NCBI GenBank assembly: GCA_035566895.1
Contig: DATMQA010000007.1
Coordinates: 54,395 to 118,394 of the forward strand
Length of the DNA stretch: 64,000 bases
Direction of reading: 5' to 3'
Origin: Candidatus Binatia bacterium
GTDB taxonomy: Bacteria > Verrucomicrobiota > Verrucomicrobiia > Limisphaerales > UBA8199
In this document: positions 37,024-45,189 of the stretch, piece by piece
How positions within the stretch are numbered: the first letter of the stretch is position 1
How the letters are laid out: every line of letters starts with the position of its first letter
Translations under genes and position numbers: made by a program
The notes under the pieces: model-generated
What the model was told of the DNA's origin: nothing
The model's database searches: none
Seen by the model: the letters and a program-made list of their open reading frames with translations, nothing else

Positions 37024-37353
37024 CCCAGATTAATCCTTCGTCATTGGCAGGCCGACATTATCAGCCTCACGAATTCAGTCAAGCAAGAACAACCAAACTC
37101 TGGACCCCTTCGTCCGGGAGCCGCAAAGTCCCGCCAGGGACGCTCGACCATAGCCCACCCGTTTTCAACGGTGGGTACCCATGCGCCCGAGGACCAAGTC
37201 CCTTCAGGGACGGCAGAGCGCCGAGAGATTGATGAGCGCCCCTTGAACGGAGCGAGCGAAAGCTTTCCTCGGCAGAATGCGGCGTTCAATTGGCGGAAGT
37301 TGACAACGGATGCTCTGGCCTTATTCGGCATGGGGGAGCGCGGGGTGCCGCTG

Positions 37354-37651
37354 AAAAAAAATTTAGGGTTAAAAAACGTTAAAAACCGCTAAAAAAGGTT
37401 AAAACCGCGATCGCGGCCATAATTTGGATAGGGCGGCGGCGAGGAGCAGGAAAGGTGACACGGGGGGCTGGGCTTTCATGTTTGCTTTGTACGGTTTTCT
37501 GTTATCCGGACCGGCCGCGGTTGGCGACACTGCCCTCTACTATGTATGGCGCGACAAAGGTTGTCTGACGGCGGACAAGGCGCTGGGCCGGGTCTTCCTT
37601 GAGGGGATGAGCGGTCCGGCGGCGTCTCGTGCTCGGAGTGAAATCGGCGCG
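37354..37651 (+). repeat. 297-bp tandem non-coding unit, copy 1
   Basis: A-run + ATTTAG + four GTTAAAA-type words, then a conserved core (GCGATCGCGGCCATAATTTGGAT...GGTGACACGGGGGGCTGGGCTTTCATGTTTGCTT...CCCTCTACTATGTATGG...GGACAAGGCGCT...GGTCCGGCGGCG). Confidence 0.85.
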
Positions 37652-37922
37652 AAAAAAATTTAGTGTTAAGAAGTGTTAAGGAGTGTTAAGAAATGTTAAG
37701 GCTGCGATCGCGGCCATAATTTGGATGGAGGCGGCGGCGAGGGGCAGGGAAGGTGACACGGGGGGCTGGGCTTTCATGTTTGCTTGTAAGGTTTTCTGTT
37801 ATCCGGGCCAGCCGCAGTTGGCGACACTGCCCTCTACTATGTATTGTGCGACGAAATGTGTCTGACGGCGGACAAGGCGCTGGTCCGGGTCTTCCTTGAG
37901 GACACTCAGCGGTCCGGCGGCG
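37652..37922 (+). repeat. 297-bp tandem non-coding unit, copy 2
   Basis: Same organisation with different words (four GTGTTAAG-type words). The core is highly similar to copy 1 but carries a 1-bp indel, so no reading frame is conserved. Confidence 0.85.
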
Positions 37923-38050
37923 CAAATGAGCCGTGTTGGGACAAGGTTCGGCGGCAGCACGCGACTGAGAAGGCTGCGGTCTCGGGAGATGAGATGCCCA
38001 AAATCTGGAGAGTGGGGGGTACGCGATGGTGCGGAGCACCTTCATTTGAA

Positions 38051-38100
38051 CTCGGATTTAGTCCGATTTAGTCCGATTTAGTCCGATTTACTCGGAATAG
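38051..38100 (+). repeat. decamer tandem array (GTCCGATTTA x3 perfect, plus two degenerate flanking units)
   Basis: CTCGGATTTA GTCCGATTTA GTCCGATTTA GTCCGATTTA CTCGGAATAG. It is followed by a GGGGTGACGGCCCGGGAGGGGG segment resembling the GGTGACACGGGGGGCTGGG core of the two upstream units. Confidence 0.85.
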
Positions 38101-38601
38101 GTCAGAGCGCGGGGAAAAGGGGTGACGGCCCGGGAGGGGGTGGGGGTGGGAGTACCCTCGTGGAGCCGGCACAGCGGCACAACCTGCATTTTACCGAGAG
38201 ATTTTTGAAGGCCGAGCCGGCACAAATGGCGGCACAACCCGTCACAACCCGGCACATTCTGGTCTCAAGCGGAAACAGGGGAACAGGCCGCAAAGGGGTA
38301 CCTGGAGGAGGATTTCCTGGACACGTTCCGGCGATATATTCCGAGGTCGGAAGTGGAGGCGCTAGAGGCGGACCTGGCGGAACGGACGTGATCCCCAAGC
38401 AGGAACATTATCTCAACCGAATGGCGCGTTCAGGATACTGCTCTACGTCACGCGTTGAGCAGTTGGCTGCTTAACTTCCGCCATACGCTCTGCGAAGGAG
38501 GATGGTAAATGGCACCTGGATATTCGACTCACTATTGATGTGGCGAGTCGCAGATCCAGGCCGGCTGCCGAATCAAGTCAGGATAAAAACTGAACGGCCT
38601 T

Positions 38602-39180
38602 ATGGGTGACCTCCTTTCTCCGTCAACCTTCAAACCTTCGGAAAGCTTGCCTACTTCAGAGTCCAGCCTTATTCTGGCTACTGTGCACGCAAAAGATCCG
38701 ACACAGGCCGAGTTCCGGAAAGCGGTCGCGCGGTTCGGGAACCCTTACAGGTTCGTTGAGCTCGATGAAGACGGTTTCAACCCTCAACCGCCGACGTTGG
38801 AACAACAACGTGCCTACCTTCGAAAACTTGAAGACCCATACGCCTTCCACGGCATCTTCGACTTCGAAGACGGACAAGCTCAGCCGACTTGTGCTCAATC
38901 CACTCCCGCTGATAAGACAGTCCCCACAACCAGGCTGCGAGCCTCCCTCGATGAAGTTCTGAACGCCTACAAGCCCTACATTGCTCGCTCAGAATGGAAA
39001 AAAGTTACTGACTACAGACCCGAGTTTCTCTTTGAAGCCCAGCGCGACCCTGCTCGCGCGGCACTGATCCTGCATAAGCTTGAGCAACTCAAATTCAGCC
39101 TGATGCCGGGTGAAAAGGTGGAGTTTAATCGTGCTCCTGCGGAGCGAATCGTTAGCCAGCTTAAGAAACTTCTCCGCTGA
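38602..39180 (+). CDS. hypothetical protein (no recognisable domain), upstream partner of the ImmA/IrrE protease
   Basis: 192-aa ORF located 5 nt upstream of the next gene. No HTH is evident. Confidence 0.55.
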   Translation: MGDLLSPSTFKPSESLPTSESSLILATVHAKDPTQAEFRKAVARFGNPYRFVELDEDGFNPQPPTLEQQRAYLRKLEDPYAFHGIFDFEDGQAQPTCAQSTPADKTVPTTRLRASLDEVLNAYKPYIARSEWKKVTDYRPEFLFEAQRDPARAALILHKLEQLKFSLMPGEKVEFNRAPAERIVSQLKKLLR

Positions 39181-39185
39181 GGCCC

Positions 39186-40073
39186 ATGGCACGTGTTGCA
39201 AACGCCGCTCTTTTCCGGGCGCTCTCAAGACAGGCGGAAGAGCTCGGCCGCAGAGCGGGCGGGAACCAGCTACCTGTCCGCTTGCGTCCTTTGGCAGAAA
39301 AGCGCCGAATCACATCCGTCGAGTTCCAGCCCCTCTTGGTTGATGCAATGCTCACGACCCATCCAGGTGGGTTCCGGGTTTTCTTCAGCTCCGATGGCCG
39401 CGATCCGGAGGAACTTAAGCGGAAATACCACTCTGAGGAGAGCAACGGCCTTTTGCCTACCAGGCTGCGGTTTTCGTTCGCTCACGAGCTTGCGCACACC
39501 CTGTTTTACGATCTGGCACAACCAACACCCGAACTCGCCAAACGGTTCAGAGCTGGAGGGGGGAAGAACGAGCTCGAAAACCTCGAGACAAGTTGCAACC
39601 GACTCGCCGCCAAGCTGCTCCTGCCCGCCGCCCTCGTCCGAAATGAGTTAGGAAAGGCCAAGGTCCTCACCGCGGAATTCCTAACTGCGCTCGCCCAAAA
39701 GGCTGGTGTCTCCATTGAAGCCCTCATCAGGAGGCTCAACGAGCAGGACCAGCTTCTGGTCGCCCCATTTTTCCCTATCTGCATTCTCCTGCTCGATGGA
39801 GAGGATGGATGTTTCCGTGTCAAAGCACTGGCTACATGTCCAGGCTTCCGTCTCGCCGAGCGCCTTCTTAAAATTAAGCAAGGACAGGCATGGGAGCTGA
39901 ATGATGCCGACGGGCACTCGATTGAAGCTGGTTGCATTACATCTCGAGAAGTGGCCTTTCCAGCCGACTCATCACGCCGCAGCAAGCGTTTGCGTTACCG
40001 GTATACCCAAGCACCAACCGGGCGGGGAGCACGGTCGTTTATAATGACCTTCGAAGAAATCTTGCCGACCTAG
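39186..40073 (+). CDS. ImmA/IrrE family (COG2856) zinc metallopeptidase
   Basis: FAHELAHTLFYD (HEXXH) followed by E.SCNRLAAKLLLPAALV, the typical ImmA second motif. It has an additional C-terminal domain of about 130 aa. Confidence 0.75.
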   Translation: MARVANAALFRALSRQAEELGRRAGGNQLPVRLRPLAEKRRITSVEFQPLLVDAMLTTHPGGFRVFFSSDGRDPEELKRKYHSEESNGLLPTRLRFSFAHELAHTLFYDLAQPTPELAKRFRAGGGKNELENLETSCNRLAAKLLLPAALVRNELGKAKVLTAEFLTALAQKAGVSIEALIRRLNEQDQLLVAPFFPICILLLDGEDGCFRVKALATCPGFRLAERLLKIKQGQAWELNDADGHSIEAGCITSREVAFPADSSRRSKRLRYRYTQAPTGRGARSFIMTFEEILPT

Positions 40074-40213
40074 CTGCCACAGCTCACCCGGCGTTCGGCA
40101 GAGAACTTTGGCTGGGTCGCATTTGCGCCGTGTTGCCAAATCGGATTCGCTCCCGGTGGTCAGTAATCCGTGTTCAGTATTCGGGCGGCGCGCTTGGGCC
40201 GTTTCGAAACGCA

Positions 40214-40243
40214 ACCGCTAATCGACGCTAATGGACGCTAACC
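40214..40243 (+). repeat. decamer array (CCGCTAATCG ACGCTAATGG ACGCTAACCA)
   Basis: Three consecutive 10-bp units sharing CGCTAA. Confidence 0.7.
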
Positions 40244-40430
40244 AAGTGAATTCTCGCCAGGGTGATTGCGGCCCAGCTTGCCTGGCAGGGCTCAGCCAGG
40301 AAAGAAGATTGCCGTGCAGACGCGTCCCGCATGAGGCGGAACGTGATCAGTTGCACAGATTCCCAAATCTGCGGGAGTGCCTCGATGACCCCTTGACCGA
40401 ACGATGGGTGACTCCTTCTCCTTTGTGACG

Positions 40431-40486
40431 GGGTCAGTGGCGCAGATTTGCGTATCGTTATGCGAGTCTGCGCCACTGACCCTTTT
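40431..40486 (+). terminator. 16-bp perfect inverted repeat hairpin followed by TTTT
   Basis: GGGTCAGTGGCGCAGA (40431-40446) pairs with TCTGCGCCACTGACCC (40467-40482), then TTTTCC. The U-run is only present when read on the plus strand. Confidence 0.6.
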
Positions 40487-40594
40487 CCGGTTCTTCAAAA
40501 TCATCGAGGAAACGCCCGTTCTTAATTTTTCAACTCGGCATTATCTAGGCATTATCATGACGACTCGTGGTTGATCCTGTCAAAACCCGCGGAG

Positions 40595-41593
40595 TTACGG
40601 TGACAAATCCCAAATCCGGATTGTTGTATCGCTGCTCCCGCTCACCAAATGCCTGCTATCCGGTGAAAAGGCCAGCGAAAGGACCCAATTGGTGTGGCCG
40701 CTGAGCGTCCTCACGAGCCTGCCGGTTGCCAAAGCCCACACCTTGATGGCCTTGCGCGCCGTTGCGGCCAGAAGCCTTCCGTTCGGAGAAATCGCCAACC
40801 CACGGCAGTTGTCGCCGGTGTCGAACTCGCGCAGCGGCCGCCCCGTGCCCGCCTCAAGCAAAGCAACCTTTTGTTGGGTAGTTTGGTAAGCCACCGCCGA
40901 GCCGTCCGGCGTTACGGCCACGCTCCAAACCTGTTCGTCCGAACGCATCCACCGCTTGAGGCCGGTCGGCAGATCCCAGAGCGTGACATCACCCGCGGAC
41001 GCGAACCCATTCCCGGCCCCACTCACCAATCTCTTGCCATCCGGCAAAAACGCTACGCTCAACACCAGTTGGTTGGTGCTGCCAACCAGAGTATGCACCA
41101 GGGCACCGGTAGCCACGTCCCACACCCGCACGGTCCGTTTTGAATCGCCCGAGGCCACCTGCCTCCCGTCGGGCGAAAAGACGGCTCGGGGGATGGCTTC
41201 CGTCTTGCCTTCCAGCAGCCGGACCACCTCGCCGGAGTCAGGTCGCACGAGTTTCACCCCGCTGTCCGTGCGCAAGGCCAGCAATTTGCCATCCGGCGAA
41301 AAGGCCGCCGAGGTGTCCCATTCGTTGGTTTCAAGCACGCGGATGGTCCGTCCGGTTGCCGCGTCCCATAACCTCGCCGTTCGATCATCGCTGGCACTGA
41401 CCACTATCCGCCCATCGGGCGAGTAGTCGGCGAAAGTGCTTCCCGTGTGCCCCCGGAGAATGAGTGAATTCGTAATGGTTACCTCGGCCGCAGCGGTACC
41501 GCTTAAGCCACATGCCAGGGAGCTCGCGACCAGCAGAAAGCTCGGAAAGCATTTCATAAGTAACATCATCCAAGCCGCAGTTGAAGTTGTCAA
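40595..41593 (-). CDS. secreted WD40-repeat beta-propeller protein
   Basis: Signal peptide and about seven WD40-like blades (GHTGS...SPDGR..VSAS.D.TARLWD). Confidence 0.85.
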   Translation of the reverse strand: MTTSTAAWMMLLMKCFPSFLLVASSLACGLSGTAAAEVTITNSLILRGHTGSTFADYSPDGRIVVSASDDRTARLWDAATGRTIRVLETNEWDTSAAFSPDGKLLALRTDSGVKLVRPDSGEVVRLLEGKTEAIPRAVFSPDGRQVASGDSKRTVRVWDVATGALVHTLVGSTNQLVLSVAFLPDGKRLVSGAGNGFASAGDVTLWDLPTGLKRWMRSDEQVWSVAVTPDGSAVAYQTTQQKVALLEAGTGRPLREFDTGDNCRGLAISPNGRLLAATARKAIKVWALATGRLVRTLSGHTNWVLSLAFSPDSRHLVSGSSDTTIRIWDLSP

Positions 41594-41695
41594 AGAGGAG
41601 CGCGCGTGAATTTATATACAAATTCTCCGGGGGGCAGTCTCGCACACCCGGGCATTGGCGTTGACGGAATTGAGCGACGAAGAGAAACCCAGCCC

Positions 41696-42316
41696 CTAAG
41701 GCACCACCAAAACAATGTAAAACCTCATCGCGCCCGAACGCGTCGAGTCGAACGCCGATACGTTTGTTCCCGTGCCGGTTAACGGAGCGCCCAGCGGCTG
41801 CCAGTTCGTTCCCGCCAGGTTCGTCGACCATTCCACTTGGTACCTAGTGTTCGTCACGGTCGGAAACGAAATCTCGACTGCCGGGAATATGCTCGGCGTC
41901 GGCCCGGTAGCGGTAACCACGTCCAACTTCCCGGACCATTCGGAAAGCGAACCCGTATTGCACCCGCCGATAAAACCCTCGGCTTGGAGCTGGAGCAGAT
42001 GTGAACCGTGCGCGACCGGCCCGAGATTAAACCAGCTCGACGCAGCCCCGGGCACCAGGATTTCCGTCTCCGCCCGCTCCTGTCCATCCACAAGGAAATG
42101 GATGCGAATGTACGAACAGTCCGCCGCTGGCGCTGTATATCGCGCGGTCAGAACCCCTGAGGTCCGCACCGGCTGGTTGAACGTGTTGCTGCAGATCTCA
42201 CCGTAACCCGAACACGATATCGCCGGAAGGGCGTAGGTGTTGGTCGTCGTCTGGGCCGACGCGGCAGCAGCGCAAAAAAATGCGGCCAGGGCAAGGCTCA
42301 ATGAGTTGGTTTTCAT
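41696..42316 (-). CDS. small secreted protein with a C-terminal FYR-P module
   Basis: Signal peptide MKTNSLSLALAAFFCAAAASAQ. The tail is YQVEWSTNLAGTNWQPL...GAMRFYIVLVVP-stop. Confidence 0.7.
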   Translation of the reverse strand: MKTNSLSLALAAFFCAAAASAQTTTNTYALPAISCSGYGEICSNTFNQPVRTSGVLTARYTAPAADCSYIRIHFLVDGQERAETEILVPGAASSWFNLGPVAHGSHLLQLQAEGFIGGCNTGSLSEWSGKLDVVTATGPTPSIFPAVEISFPTVTNTRYQVEWSTNLAGTNWQPLGAPLTGTGTNVSAFDSTRSGAMRFYIVLVVP

Positions 42317-42568
42317 GGCGGGTATCAGTGTCAGTGCGCTGCAATTTCGCGGCGGTCAGGATTTCGTGGCAGGAAATATTCCCGTCAGATCCTGATTCAT
42401 TTCAACATTTTCGTGCGAAGGAAACTTTCCCTCAAGGGCAAAATAGGTGGGCCAACTGATTCGCGTTCAATAAGTACCCGTGGCTGGCGCGCGGAGCCAC
42501 GGCTGGCAAATTATCAGGGGGAAAAACCTGCCCGCTGGTTCCCACCACCTCGATCACCGTCTCTGTTT

Positions 42569-42758
42569 ATCCGGCGCTGATGCCTCGGACATCAAAAACA
42601 GCCCGTGTTTACCGAGCTTGTAACGACCTGCACATTCAAGATCCCTCGTGTTTACCGAGCTTGTAACGACTGTAACGGATCGTTACGGATAGTGTAACGG
42701 ATAAAAAGCGCAAAAATCGCCCGTGTTTACCGATGTTGTAACGACGTAACGGATCAAA
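42569..42758 (-). repeat. modular repeat element, copy B (ATCCGTTAC / GTCGTTACAA words plus three CGGTAAACA units)
   Basis: The reverse complement aligns with copy A over about 180 bp. The same 14-mer ATCCGGCGCTGATG is at 42569-42582. Confidence 0.85.
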
Positions 42759-43008
42759 GGGGGGGTGCTATATACATATATACCTATACCCCTCACGTCA
42801 CCTTGGCTGGCTTTGTCCATCTATCCCAAACTGTAACTAACTGCGACCAACTTCGACCAGGTCCCGGTAGCCGCTCGGTAGGTCCTGGAAGCCCCTGGTA
42901 ACCCCTGGTAGGTACCTAAAGCCTTCCCCTCATCCGTCGCCCCCCCAAGCATTCCTCAGTAATCCCGACCAGTCCCGACTAATCCTGGGTTTCGAAATAT
43001 TTTTTTCA

Positions 43009-43057
43009 GACTGTGGACTGTGGACTGTGGACTGTGGACTGTGGACTTTGGACTGTG
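43009..43057 (+). repeat. heptanucleotide tandem repeat (GACTGTG)x7, with the sixth unit GACTTTG
   Basis: Read directly from the sequence. It ends 75 nt upstream of ATG 43133. Confidence 0.95.
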
Positions 43058-43132
43058 GCCGGCCCCCAGGCTTGCGCTTTCCTAGCCCCTGGTTCAAAGT
43101 CAATTTCCATTGTTGAAAGGGTGTGCCTGAAT

Positions 43133-44275
43133 ATGAATTCTCCGGCCTGGTTTGAAGTGGGCGACGTGGCGTCAATCCCGTCCCCGGCGCTGCTGCTCTA
43201 CCGCAGCCGCATCGAGGAAAACCTGCGACAGATGGTCGCCATTGCGGGCGAGCCGGCGCGCCTGCGGCCTCACATCAAAACTCACAAGCTCCCCGAGGTG
43301 CTCCAACTGCAGCTTGCGCTGGGAATTACCCAATTCAAATGCGCCACCCTGGCGGAAGCAGAAATGGCCGCGCGGGTTGCCGTCCCCGATTTGCTGCTGG
43401 CCTACCAACCCGTTGGGCCAACCGTTGAAGGCATCGCCGCGCTGGCCAGGGCTTTCCCCCGCACGCGATTCTCCGTTCTCTGTGATGACGCCGGCGCGCT
43501 CCAACATTTGTCTAAAACATGGTGCTCCTTGCGCAGCGCCAACGATAAGAAAACCCGGCCCCAGCCCGGCCTCGAAGTCCTGCTTGACCTGGACGTCGGC
43601 CAGCATCGCACCGGCGTGCCTCCGGGCGAGAAAGCGGTCGAGCTCTATCGGTTGCTGGCTTCCTTGCCGGCAATCAAACCGGGAGGCCTGCACGCCTATG
43701 ACGGCCATATCAGCAATCCGGACCCGGCGGAACGAGCCGCAGCCTGTGACGCCGCCTTTGCGCCCGTGCAAGCCTTGCGCCGCCAGTTGACCGCGGCCGG
43801 CTTGCCCGTTCCACGTGTGGTCGCGGGCGGAACGCCCACGTTCCCCTTTCACGCGCGCCGCCCAGATGTGGAGTGCAGTCCGGGCACCTGCGTTTTGTGG
43901 GATGGCAGTTGCGCCGCCAACGTGTCCGAGCTGCCGTTCCTGCCGGCGGCGCTCGTGCTGACCCGGGTCATCAGCAAGCCCAGCTCAAACCGGCTTTGCC
44001 TGGACCTCGGCCATAAGGCGGTCGCCGCGGAGATGCCCCAACCGCGAGTCCAGTTCCTGAATCTGGAGAATGCCACGCCCGTCACGCATAGTGAGGAACA
44101 CCTGGTGGTGGAAACACCACACAGCGGAGAGTTTAACCTGGGCGACTGCCTCTATGGCCTGCCGCGCCATATCTGCCCCACCGTGGCGCTGCATGCCGAG
44201 GCCGTAGTGATCGACGGTGCAAAGAGTGCCGCGCGTTGGCGGGTAGTCGCGCGCGCTCGCCAGCTAACCATCTAA
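43133..44275 (+). CDS. D-threonine aldolase / D-serine dehydratase-like (DSD1-type) PLP enzyme
   Basis: An alanine-racemase-N-like fold with the PLP-lysine context RLRPHIKTHKLPEV, plus a C-terminal HSEEH..V motif region. The start is taken at ATG 43133; the track start at 43013 reads through the heptamer repeat. Confidence 0.7.
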   Translation: MNSPAWFEVGDVASIPSPALLLYRSRIEENLRQMVAIAGEPARLRPHIKTHKLPEVLQLQLALGITQFKCATLAEAEMAARVAVPDLLLAYQPVGPTVEGIAALARAFPRTRFSVLCDDAGALQHLSKTWCSLRSANDKKTRPQPGLEVLLDLDVGQHRTGVPPGEKAVELYRLLASLPAIKPGGLHAYDGHISNPDPAERAAACDAAFAPVQALRRQLTAAGLPVPRVVAGGTPTFPFHARRPDVECSPGTCVLWDGSCAANVSELPFLPAALVLTRVISKPSSNRLCLDLGHKAVAAEMPQPRVQFLNLENATPVTHSEEHLVVETPHSGEFNLGDCLYGLPRHICPTVALHAEAVVIDGAKSAARWRVVARARQLTI

Positions 44276-44829
44276 ATCGAGGTCTCCAGAATTTTTCCGA
44301 TCCGTTCCACCGTATTCCACGTCCGAGTGGTGATCTTCCTGCCGAACTGCTTCTCCAGCACCTTCATCAAATCGCTGGTCCCACCGTTGGCCGAAACCTC
44401 GACTACGCTGCAAAGTTCACCTTCTGAAACCCGCACGGTCTCATACCCCGGCCCTTTCAATCGCTCCGAAACTTTCAAACCGCCGTCCACGCTGGGCGGC
44501 AAAAACGTGACGTGCAGCCTGGTTTGTGCAGTCACCTTGGTTTTCTTGAACGGTTTGGACGCGACAAGAACGTTAATTTGTTCTGCGGTACGAACGATCA
44601 CGGTTATGTCGAAGCCGAACCTGGTTTTGAGCTTTTGCTCTATTTTTGTGGTAAGAACAGCCGGGTTCTTTTCTGAGGTTTCAAACACGACATTGCCACT
44701 GGCCAGGACGGTTCGGATGTTCGCAAAGCCAAGCGAGGCAAAGGCCTTTTTCAAATCATCCATGCTGATCAGCGTGTTGCCCCCGACATTGATGCCCCGC
44801 AGGAACGCAACATAGGCCGACGATTTCAT
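44272..44829 (-). CDS. DUF1697 family protein
   Basis: YVAFLRGINVGGNTLISMDDLKKAF..LGF..IRTVLASGNVVF. The start is taken at ATG 44829. Confidence 0.8.
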   Translation of the reverse strand: MKSSAYVAFLRGINVGGNTLISMDDLKKAFASLGFANIRTVLASGNVVFETSEKNPAVLTTKIEQKLKTRFGFDITVIVRTAEQINVLVASKPFKKTKVTAQTRLHVTFLPPSVDGGLKVSERLKGPGYETVRVSEGELCSVVEVSANGGTSDLMKVLEKQFGRKITTRTWNTVERIGKILETSI

Positions 44830-45189
44830 CGGGAGACGATAGCCGAAGCAGCCCATAGTATCCAGGCCGTGCCAATAAGGCGGATGGCGTTGGCAAACAG
44901 GCCGGCGTGCGCCCGGGCAAGCCGGGTGGGTTGTGACCCGGGTTTGCCCCCCCAAATCGCGGGCTCGAATGCCGCTTGGGTCCGGGTCAGACGGTAATCC
45001 GTCCCCCAAACCTCACCCTCTGAAACCCGGATGGCCTCAAACTCGGTGCCTTTCAGCCATCGTAATGCCTTGCAGACGAGGCCATTAGGCCGCTGATGAG
45101 CTCAGTTGACATGGGCATTCCGCCGAAGAACACGCCATAGAGCGGCCTTGCATGTTTGGACAGAGATATGCTGCTAATCAGGTCGAATT

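Noticed and set aside
37100-37215. Cluster of small hairpins (GTCCCgccaGGGAC, CCACCCGttttcaaCGGTGGG, GTCCCttcaGGGAC) considered as a tRNA or tRNA-like gene
   Set aside because: There is no cloverleaf, no T-loop (GTTCRANYC) or D-loop consensus, and no acceptor-stem pairing on either strand. It is probably the 5' leader region of the LRR gene.
37500-37625. Core of the 297-bp unit compared from memory with SRP (4.5S) RNA, 6S RNA, tmRNA and RNase P RNA motifs
   Set aside because: The conserved SRP domain IV sequence (GGAAG...AGCAG context) and the other hallmark motifs are absent. A tandem duplicate of an essential RNA gene is also unlikely.
40231-40428. 65-aa plus-strand ORF ending 2 nt before the strong hairpin, considered as a small gene
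   Set aside because: There is no recognisable motif, no obvious ribosome-binding site, and its start lies inside the CGCTAA decamer array. It is kept only as a possibility under the 38051-40486 finding.
43013-43132. N-terminal extension of the D-threonine aldolase-like ORF (MDCGLWTVDCGLWTV...)
   Set aside because: The extension is the translated GACTGTG heptamer repeat. Family-like sequence begins at ATG 43133 (MNSPAWFEVGD...).
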